This document shows, one piece after another, positions 53,201 to 64,000 of a stretch of 64,000 bases of DNA; position 1 is the first letter of the stretch; each line of letters begins with the position of its first letter. The stretch spans positions 9,689,309 to 9,753,308 of the forward strand of contig CM082591.2 in the NCBI GenBank assembly GCA_040954595.2, read 5' to 3'. Under the pieces are notes generated by a model that saw only the letters and a program-made list of their open reading frames with translations, had not been told where the DNA came from and did not search any database. This stretch comes from Balanoglossus misakiensis (taxonomy: Eukaryota > Animalia > Hemichordata). A program made the position numbers and the translations under genes.

Positions 53201-56200
53201 GATACGTAAAGTGGCCGGGTTCAACATTAACTCATCGACTTCATATCGTCTTCATGCCATGGTTTTTGCCTGCCCTGAAAGTTCTTGACGTTGCAGAAGT
53301 GGTTTTGACAGAAAGAATTTAGTCTTCCGGGATGTTTGTGATTATTTGAACACCAGACAATACAATGCAACCTTGACTTCCAAAATACTTACCGGCATTG
53401 CATTATCTTACCATGGTTAGGCCTACAGTGAACAAATTTTCAACAATATTTTCTGAGTTACCGCTGATATTTGTTTTGTAGTATGGATATTAAATTATAC
53501 ATCCCGATACAAAACAGAATGTTATAGAATCCTTCCTGAGTGATATTGAAAAAATTACCGGAATGCTACCGCCTAATCTATGGTTAGGGTTATTGCTATT
53601 ATTTTATATCAGTAATCGACTTTGTGTATATCAATGTCATTTTCATAACGAAAATGAACTCGAGTATAATGTAAACGTTACGAATTGATCGAAAGGCGCT
53701 CTGATGAATGTTAACACGAGTGCGCAGTGACAAGACATGCATCGTGCATGACAGTGACAACAGTTCCTATAGAGCAGTTAAAAAATAAACCGGCCGTCCG
53801 TAAATTTATCAGCTATATTTTTTTATTTAGTCACGTTTTCCCTGTTGCATGCTATTAGTTCAGGGGCCAGTTTTAGCAGTGCTCTATTGATTACTTTCGT
53901 ATCGATGGATTGATCTCTCGTCCAATCAGAATGGCGGATGGTAGCATGATCCGACATATTGCGTATTACAATAGGGCTTCCTCATACAGGTCAGAACGGA
54001 GAGGTCATTCCTTTTATTTTAGGACGTCTCAGCTCCTTTGTCTTTTCTGTTATAGTGTTAAAGAAATCAAACGGTTTTGTTTTGGCCGGTAAACACCGAT
54101 GGATTAACTCTTAAGTCCATCGTGCATCCAAACGCAGTCGAGTCGGTTTGGTCATTGTTTATGCGACAGTAAATGCCAAATGTGACAGAAGCATCATATT
54201 AAATGAGATAGAATACACAAACAAACAAACATACGAATAAACAAACAGGCAAACAAACAAACAAACAACCATTAGGGACTGTTCAGAATTTACTTCCAAG
54301 TTGGGGATGGAGGATTTTTTATTTTCCTGGTGATTTTTTTCCATGGATTCCCCTAGTAAATAGTGGAGGAAATATGTGGTCCCTCCTTAAATTTCCTGGG
54401 GATTTTCCATGGTCCCCCTATTGTGACTTTTATGTCTAGTCTCCCCTAATTTGTCTTGGAGAAAATGGGTGGTCCCCCCCCCCTCTGAAAATTCTCCGCC
54501 CCCCTGGAAGTAAATTCTGAACAGTCCCTTATTAAAGCCAACAGCTAGCACCCTGGCTTCTCTGCCAGAGGAGCGATAACATCGACAAAATGCAGATACA
54601 CAAGAAATGAGCACTTTATTCCACAAGTGAAGTAGTCTGTTCCCTGCCCCATTCCCACCGCTGGCTGCGCCCTTTAGCGTAGCGCCGATGGCAGTGGGAA
54701 TGGGGCAGGGGACCAGACTACAAGTGAAGAACCCCAGTAACAGACGTAACGAACAAACAAACTACATGTACTAACAACAAAGCAAGAAAAGTGTCAAGCG
54801 TCGTCAAAGAAAACGAAAAAGTTCTAGCATGGTTGGTAAAAGTTATTGGTAGAAAACGAATAGGGCCTTCTACAAATGACGTCTCAGACCCGCAAACGCC
54901 ACCAGAACACAAAACACATGCACAGAACAGTTTAAGCCGGTTGTTGTATGGAGCAGCAATAATCTGCGGTTGGGCCGTCGTAGATTTTCGCTGGTGGTGA
55001 AAATAAATAAAACACGATCGATGTTCGATTTATTCCAGATCACATGCGTTTACGGCCAGGAGAGAGCATAAAAGTCTTCAAATGACCATGTGGTGGCGCA
55101 CTTTTTCCGATTGGCTGTATTTCAATTTGTTCGTGGTAAATTAATTTTGTGGAGGTGACCGGCACTGAAGCTCTTAGCTAGGATGAGGTGGGATGGAAAA
55201 ATGCCCCATTTTTGCTGTTTTAAAATATACGACTATTTATAGACAAAAGGAAAATAAAACAAGCGCAAAAACATACCAAACCTAGTTTTATTAATTAAAA
55301 ACAAAATTGCTGAGTAAAGGTTTTCATGTGGGCATTCACTTTGAACTTGCTAAATTAATTTAAAGAGACAAAGTCGCTCTCTCTTTGTCCTTTTGCGATG
55401 ATAGAATGCTTGCTTGAAGTCTCTCGTGCAATAAATGATGTCGATTCATACATGTATGGATGGTGTATAGGTGGTCGGAATTTACATGTCTTTGCCACGA
55501 CCAAACCAACAACACGTAAAATCAAAGTTTGGGTCATGAAATCGAGTTTTGTTACAGTCTAGAATTTCATGCCACCCCTTATGGTCATATTATTCTTGGT
55601 AGGCAAAAGTGACAAGTAGTCAAGTTTCAACACAGGCAACATTTTTTACAAACAAACCACAAAGAAGACATCAAAAGGGAGAGAATTATAGAATGGTCAA
55701 TGTGTGAAAAGTTAAGATACGTAAAGTGGCCGGGTTCAACATTAACTCATCGACTTCATATCGTCTTCATGCCATGGTTTTTGCCTGCCCTGAAAGTTCT
55801 TGTCGTTGCAGAAGTGGTTTTGACAGAAAGAATTTAGTCTTCCGGGATGTTTGTGACTATTTGAACACCAGACAATACAATGCAACCTTGACTTCCAAAA
55901 TACTTACCGGCATTGCATTATCTTACCATGGTTAGGCCTACAGTGAACAAATTTTCAACAATATTTTCTGAGTTACCGCTGATATTTGTTTTGTTGTATG
56001 GATATTAAATTATACATCCCGATACAAAGCAGAATGTTATAGAATCTTTCCTGAGTGATATTGAAAAAATTACCGGAATGCTACCGCCTAATCTATGGTT
56101 AGGGTTATTGCTATTATTTTATATCAGTAATCGACTTTGTGTATATCAATGTCATTTTCATAACGAAAATGAACTCGAGTCTAATGTAAACGTTACGAAT

Positions 56201-59200
56201 TGATCGAAAGGCGCTCTGATGAATGTTAACACGAGTGCGCAGTGACAAGACATGCATCGTGCATGACAGTGACAACAGTTCCTATAAAGCAGTTAAAAAA
56301 TAAACCGGCCGTCCGTACATTTATCAGCTATATTTTTTTTTATTTAGTCACGTTTTCCCTGTTGCATGCTATTAGTTCAGGGGCCAGTTTTAGCAGTGCT
56401 CTATTGAGTACTTTCGTATCGATGGATTGATCTCTCGTCCAATCAGAATGGCGGATGGTAGCATGATCCGACATATTGCGTATTACAATAGGGCTTCCTC
56501 ATACAGGTCAGAACGGAGAGGTCATTCCTTTTATTTTAGGACGTCTCAGCTCCTTTGTCTTTTCTGTTATAGTGTTAAAGAAATCAAACGGTTTTGTTTT
56601 GGCCGGTAAACACTGATGGATTAACTCTTAAGTCCATCGTGCATCCAAACGCAGTCGAGTCGGTTTGGTCATTGTTTATGCGACAGTAAATGCCAAATGT
56701 GACAGAAGCATCATATTAAATGAGATAGAATACACAAACAAACAAACATACGAATAAACAAACAGGCAAACAAACAAACAAACAACCATTAGGGACTGTT
56801 CAGAATTTACTTCCAAGTTGGGGATGGAGGATTTTTTATTTTCCTGGTGATTTTTTTCCATGGTCTCCCCTAGTAAATTGTGGAGGAAATATGTGGTCCC
56901 TCCTTAAATTTCCTGGGGATTTTCCATGGTCCCCCTATTGTGACTTTTATGTCTAGTCTCCCCTAATTTGTCTTGGAGAAAATGGGTGGTCCCCCCCCTC
57001 TGAAAATTCTCCGCCCCCTGGAAGTAAATTCTGAACAGTCCCTTATTAAAGCCAACAGCTAGCACCCTGGCTTCTCTGCCAGAGGAGCGATAACATCGAC
57101 AAAATGCAGATACACAAGAAATGAGCACTTTATTCCACAAGCGAAGTAGTTTGTTCCCTGCCCCATTCCCACCGCTGGCTGCGCCCTTTAGCGTAGCGCC
57201 GATGGCAGTGGGAATGTGGCAGGGGACCAGACTACAAGTGAAGAACCCCAGTAACAGACGTAACGAACAAACAAACTACATGTACTAACAACAAAGCAAG
57301 AAAAGTGTCAAGCGTCGTCAAAGAAAACGAAAAAGTTCTAGCAAGGTTGGTAAAAGTTATTGGTAGAAAACGAATAGGGCCTTCTACAAATGACGTCTCA
57401 GACCCGCAAACGCCACCAGAACACAAAACACATGCACAGAACAGTTTAAGCCGGTTGTTGTATGGAGCAGCAATAATCTGCGGTTGGGCCGTCGTAGATT
57501 TTCGCTGGTGGTGAAAATAAATAAAACACGATCGATGTTCGATTTATTCCAGATCACATGCGTTTACGGCCAGGAGAGAGCATAAAAGTCTTCAAATGAC
57601 CATGTGGTGGCGCACTTTTTCCGATTGGCTGTATTTCAATTTGTTCGTGGTAAATTAATTTTGTGGAGGTGACCGGCACTGAAGCTCTTAGGTTGGATGA
57701 GGTGGGATGGAAAAATGCCCCATTTTAGCTGTTTTAAAATATACGACTATTTATAGACAAAAGGAAAATAAAACAAGCGCAAAAACATACCAAACCTAGT
57801 TTTATTAATTAAAAACAAAATTGCTGAGTAAAGGTTTTCATGTGGGCATTCACTTTGAACCACGGGCGTCATGGAACAATAAAGTGTATAGATATTAATA
57901 AACTTATCATAAACGCGACGTCCTCAATGAACAAAGAATAAAATATTTCATGGGTTTGTTTGGTGTGGACGCGAAATGCACTAAAGCTAGGTCAGTGTTA
58001 ACTTTATGTGCAAAACCACACCGTACGCGTACCTCTATAGGGGATAGGCACCGTGTGTATACGATCTCGTCTTGAGCAGTAAAGGCGATGTCTACGCATG
58101 CGTGCGCGCCCGCAACTGATCTGTGTACGTGAGTACACATATATACAGGGTATGAAACGAATTTTCAGCCCACCACCATTTGGCAACTATTACGAAGAGA
58201 ATCGCTACCAAACCAGAGTATTTGTTTTAGATTAGATAGAAACCTAATGTCTGGCTTTTCAATTTTCAAAAGTCGGTCGAACATTCGAGATATTATCGAT
58301 CGAAAAGTGTCACTCGTCCTGGGGACGTGCGTTACCGACGCAAATTTCTCTCTGAAAGGTATACATAGGACATACTGTTTCATGAAAAAAAATCATAGCA
58401 AATATAACAGTGATGCACATGAACAACGTCCACCATGACTGGGAGGAGCTGAACTGAGCTCACGCATAGTTTCATACACATGATATAAAACCCGGCGATC
58501 GAACACGGCACTTCCGGTCACCAGATTCGCAATGGTTTTGTATACGGATTTGTTGTATTTTTCACGTTTTCCGTTTTTTATTCATGATTAATCCAACACT
58601 TTTCAAGACACATTCTAAGCAAAAATGAAAATTATTGACTACACTTCGATGGCACTCTGCTCCGTAGAACAAAGTGTCCCCCTGTCCCCCCTTTTTAGTA
58701 ACGCACGTCCCCAGACTCCATGTGAGCGATTGCATACCCTTCCTTACATACACTGTATACGAGCGCGTCTGTCCTGGCTAGCAACGGAGTCGTACGATCG
58801 TCTGCCGCGCGCGCTGGGCCCGGCGCGTGCGCGCGTGCGGTTGTAGATTGCTCCAACACTTCCGCGTTCGGCGCGTTCGGCGGCGCTAGTGCGTTCGCTC
58901 GCATATTTTGCGAGTCCAGCTGTAGCTAGGCCGTTCGTGAGTGTAGTTCTCGTTCACATAAAAAAAAAGGAAATAATTTATTGTGTATTCGTTTAGACCT
59001 ATGCTAAATTATCCATACACTTTATTGTTCCATGACGCCCGTGTTTGAACTTGCTAAATTAATTTAAAGAGACAAAGTCGCTCTCTCTTTGTCCTTTTGC
59101 GATGATAGAATGCTTGCTTGAAGTCTCTCGTGCAATAAATGATGTCGATTCATACATGTATGGATGGTGTATAGGTGGTCGGAATTTACATGTCTTTGCC

Positions 59201-62200
59201 ACGACCAAACCAACAACACGTAAAATCAAAGTTTGGGTCATGAAATCGAGTTTTGTTACAGTCTAGAATTTCATGCCACCCCTTATGGTCATATTATTCT
59301 TGGTAGGCAAAAGTGACAAGTAGTCAAGTTTCAACACAGGCAACATTTTTTACAAACAAACCACAAAGAAGACATCAAAAGGGAGAGAATTATAGAATGG
59401 TCAATGTGTGAAAAGTTAAGATACGTAAAGTGGCCGGGTTCAACATTAACTCATCGACTTCATATCGTCTTCATGCCATGGTTTTTGCCTGCCCTGAAAG
59501 TTCTTGTCGTTGCAGAAGTGGTTTTGACAGAAAGAATTTAGTCTTCCGGGATGTTTGTGATTATTTGAACACCAGACAATACAATGCAACCTTGACTTCC
59601 AAAATACTTACCGGCATTGCATTATCTTACCATGGTTAGGCCTACAGTGAACACATTTTCAACAATATTTTCTAAGTTACCGCTGATATTTGTTTTGTAG
59701 TATGGATATTAAATTATACATCCCGATACAAAACAGAATGTTATAGAATCCTTCCTGAGTGATATTGAAAAAATTACCGGAATGCTACCGCCTAATCTAT
59801 GGTTAGGGTTATTGCTATTATTTTATATCAGTAATCGACTTTGTGTATATCAATGTCATTTTAATAACGAAAATGAACTCGAGTCTAATGTAAACGTTAC
59901 GAATTGATCGAAAGGCGCTCTGATGAATGTTAACACGAGTGCGCAGTGACAAGACATGCATCGTGCGTGACAGTGACAACAGTTCCTATAGAGCAGTTAA
60001 AAAATAAACCGGCCGTCCGTAAATTTATCAGCTATATTTTATTTATTTAGTCACGTTTTCCCTGTTGCATGCTATTAGTTCAGGGGCCAGTTTTAGCAGT
60101 GCTCTATTGAGTACTTTCGTATCGATGGATTGATCTCTCGTCCAATCAGAATGGCGGATGGTAGCATGATCCGACATATTGCGTATTACAATAGGGCTTC
60201 CTCATAAAGGTCAGAACGGAGAGGTCATTCCTTTTATTTTAGGACGTCTCAGCTCCTTTGTCTTTTCTGTTATAGTGTTAAAGAAATCAAACGGTTTTGT
60301 TTTGGCCGGTAAACACCGATGGATTAAATCGTAAGTCCATCGTGCATCCAAACGCAGTCGAGTCGGTTTGGTCATTGTTTCTGCGACAGTAAATGCCAAA
60401 TGTGACAGAAGCATCATATTAAATGAGATAGAATACACAAACAAACAAACATACGAATAAACAAACAGGCAAATAAACAAACAAACAACCATTAGGGACT
60501 GTTCAGAATTTACTTCCAAGTTGGGGATGGAGGAATTTTTATTTTCCTGGTGATTTTTTTCCATGGTCTCCCCTAGTAAATTGTGGAGGAAATATGTGGT
60601 CCCTCCTTAAATTTCCTGGGGATTTTCCATGGTCCCCCTATTGTGACTTTTATGTCTAGTCTCCCCTAATTTGTCTTGGAGAAAATGGGTGGTCCCCCCC
60701 CCTCTGAAAATTCTCCGCCCCCTGGAAGTAAATTCTGAACAGTCCCTTATTAAAGCCAACAGCTAGCACCCTGGCTTCTCTGCCAGAGGAGATATAACAT
60801 CGACAATATGCAGATACACAAGAAATGAGCACTTTATTCCACAAGTGAAGTAGTCTGTTCCCTGCCCCATTCCCACCGCTGGCTGCGCCCTTTAGCGTAG
60901 CGCCGATGGCAGTGGGAATGGGGCAGGGGACCAGACTACAAGTGAAGAACCCCAGTAACAGACGTAACGAACAAACAAACTACATGTACTAACAACAAAG
61001 CAAGAAAAGTGTCAAGCGTCGTCAAAGAAAACGAAAAAGTTCTAGCATGGTTGGTAAAAGTTATTGGTAGAAAACGAATAGGGCCTTCTACAAATGACGT
61101 CTCAGACCCGCAAACGCCACCAGAACACAAAACACATGCACAGAACAGTTTAAGCCGGTTGTTGTATGGAGCAGCAATAATCTGCGGTTGGGCCGTCGTA
61201 GATTTTCGCTGGTGGTGAAAATAAATAAAACACGATCGATGTTCGATTTATTCCAGATCACATGCGTTTACGGCCAGGAGAGAGCATAAAAGTCTTCAAA
61301 TGACCATGTGGTGGCGCACTTTTTCCGATTGGCTGTATTTCAATTTGTTCGTGGTAAATTAATTTTGTGGAGGTGATCGGCACTGAAGCTCTTAGCTAGG
61401 ATGAGGTGGGATGGAAAAATGCCCCATTTTAGCTGTTTTAAAATATACGACTATTTATAGACAAAAAGAAAATAAAACAAGCGCAAAAACATACCAAACC
61501 TAGTTTTATTAATTAAAAACAAAATTGCTGAGTAAAGGTTTTCATGTGGGCATTCACTTTGAACTTGCTAAATTAATTTAAAGAGACAAAGTCGCTCTCT
61601 CTTTGTCCTTTTGCGATGATAGAATGCTTGCTTGAAGTCTCTCGTGCAATAAATGATGTCGATTCATACATGTATGGATGGTGTATAGGTGGTCGGAATT
61701 TACATGTCTTTGCCACGACCAAACCAACAACACGTAAAATCAAAGTTTGGGTCATGAAATCGAGTTTTGTTACAGTCTAGAATTTCATGCCACCCCTTAT
61801 GGTCATATTATTCTTGGTAGGCAAAAGTGACAAGTAGTCAAGTTTCAACACAGGCAACATTTTTTACAAACAAACCACAAAGAAGACATCAAAAGGGAGA
61901 GAATTATAGAATGGTCAATGTGTGAAAAGTTAAGATACGTAAAGTGGCCGGGTTCAACATTAACTCATCGACTTCATATCGTCTTCATGCCATGGTTTTT
62001 GCCTGCCTTGAAAGTTCTTGTCGTTGCAGAAGTGGTTTTGACAGAAAGAATTTAGTCTTCCGGGATGTTTGTGATTATTTGAACACCAGACAATACAATG
62101 CAACCTTGACTTCCAAAATACTTACCGGCATTGCATTATCTTACCATGGTTAGGCCTACAGTGAACACATGTTCAACAATATTTTCTGAGTTCGTGGTAA

Positions 62201-64000
62201 ATTAATTTTGTGGAGGTGACCGGCACTGAAGCTCTTAGCTAGGATGAGGTGGGATTGAAAAATGCCCCATTTTAGCTGTTTTAAAATATACGACTATTTA
62301 TAGACAAAAGGAAAATAAAACAAGCGCAAAAACATACCAAACCTAGTTTTATTAATTAAAAACAAAATTGCTGAGTAAAGGTTTTCATGTGGGCATTCAC
62401 TTTGAACTTGCTAAATTAATTTAAAGAGACAAAGTCGCTCTCTCTTTGTCCTTTTGCGATGATAGAATGCTTGCTTGAAGTCTCTCGTGCAATAAATGAT
62501 GTCGATTCATACATGTATGGATGGTGTATAGGTGGTCGGAATTTACATGTCTTTGCCACGACCAAACCAACAACACGTAAAATCAAAGTTTGGGTCATGA
62601 AATCGAGTTTTGTTACAGTCTGGAATTTCATGCCACCCCTTATGGTCATATTATTCTTGGTAGGCAAAAGTGACAAGTAGTCAAGTTTCAACACAGGCAA
62701 CATTTTTTACAAACAAACCACAAAGAAGACATCAAAAGGGAGAGAATTATAGAATGGTCAATGTGTGAAAAGTTAAGATAGGTAAAGTGGCCGGGTTCAA
62801 CATTAACTCATCGACTTCATATAGTCTTCATGCCATGGTTTTTGCCTGCCCTGAAAGTTCTTGTCGTTGCAGAAGTGGTTTTGACAGAAAGAATTTAGTC
62901 TTCCGGGATGTTTGTGATTATTTGAACACCAGACAATACAATGCAACCTTGACTTCCAAAATACTTACCGGCATTGCATTATCTTACCATGGTTAGGCCT
63001 ACAGTGAACAAACTTTCAACAATATTTTCTGAGTTACCGCTGATATTTGTTTTGTAGTATGGATATTAAATTATACATCCCGATACAAAGCAGAATGTTA
63101 TAGAATCCTTCCTGAGTGATATTGAAAAAATTACCGGAATGCTACCGCCTAATCTATGGTTAGGGTTATTGCTATTATTTTATATCAGTAATCGACTTTG
63201 TGTATATCAATGTCATTTTCATAACGAAAATGAACTCGAGTCTAATGTAAACGTTACGAATTGATCGAAAGGCGCTCTGATGAATGTTAACACGAGTGCG
63301 CAGTGACAAGACATGCATCGTGCATGACAGTGACAACAGTTCCTATAGAGCAGTTAAAAAATAAACCGGCCGTCCGTAAATTTATCAGCTATATTTTTTT
63401 TTTATTTAGTCACGTTTTCCCTGTTGCATGCTATTAGTTCAGGGGCCAGTTTTAGCAGTGCTCTATTGAGTACTTTCGTATCGATGGATTGATCTCTCGT
63501 CCAATCAGAATGGCGGATGGTAGCATGATCCGACATATTGCGTATTACAATAGGGCTTCCTCATACAGGTCAGAACGGAGAGGTCATTCCTTTTATTTTA
63601 GGACGTCTCAGCTCCTTTGTCTTTTCTGTTATAGTGTTAAAGAAATCAAACGGTTTTGTTTTGGCCGGTAAACACCGATGGATTAACTCTTAAGTCCATC
63701 GTGCATCCAAACGCAGTCGAGTCGGTTTGGTCATTGTTTATGCGACAGTAAATGCCAAATGTGACAGAAGCATCATATTAAATGAGATAGAATACACAAA
63801 CAAACAAACATACGAATAAACAAACAGGCAAACAAACAAACAAACAACCATTATGGACTGTTCAGAATTTACTTCCAAGTTGGGGATGGAGGATTTTTTA
63901 TTTTCCTGGTGATTTATTTCCATGGTCTCCCCTAGTAAATTGTGGAGGAAATATGTGGTCCCTCCTTAAATTTCCTGGGGATTTTCCATGGTCCCCCTAT
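38222..64000. repeat. ~2,515-bp macrosatellite, right arm (same unit and orientation; 11 unit starts, some rearranged)
   Basis: Resumes at unit position ~2387 (TTGGCTGTATTTC). Unit starts at 38352, 40861, 43373, 45886, 48399, 50205, 52722, 55241, 57755, 61459 and 62302. Confidence 0.98.
57861..59043. mobile_element. 1,183-bp non-autonomous TIR DNA transposon with a 7-bp TSD (P-superfamily-like), in a single macrosatellite unit
   Basis: CACGGGCGTCATGGAACAATAAAGTGTAT ... ATACACTTTATTGTTCCATGACGCCCGTG; TTTGAAC duplicated at 57854-57860 and 59044-59050. All other units show the empty site. No transposase ORF. Confidence 0.95.

Overview
Non-coding, AT-rich eukaryotic (animal) repeat DNA; the repeat families look like those of a marine invertebrate (inference). 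No credible protein-coding gene: the recurring 60-70 aa ORFs are by-products of the repeat. About 40 kb is a head-to-tail macrosatellite with a ~2,515-bp unit (1-13838 and 38222-64000), and each intact unit carries two fixed MITEs. Individual units show microhomology-bounded deletions and one fresh 1,183-bp TIR-transposon insertion. A 24.4-kb block (13839-38221) interrupts the array without a target-site duplication, and about 1.05 kb of unit sequence is missing at the break. In order, that block contains a TGACG/octamer-rich promoter-like left end, a perfect hairpin, duplicated short exon-like modules with canonical splice signals, introns full of MITEs, Helentron-like elements and an L2-like fragment, putative terminal exons with polyA signals, several minisatellites, and a 3.9-kb 78/82/86-bp tandem array with TGACG in nearly every unit. 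The best lead is this apparent spliced non-coding transcription unit embedded in satellite DNA. All calls are by-eye readings; no searches or alignments were run.
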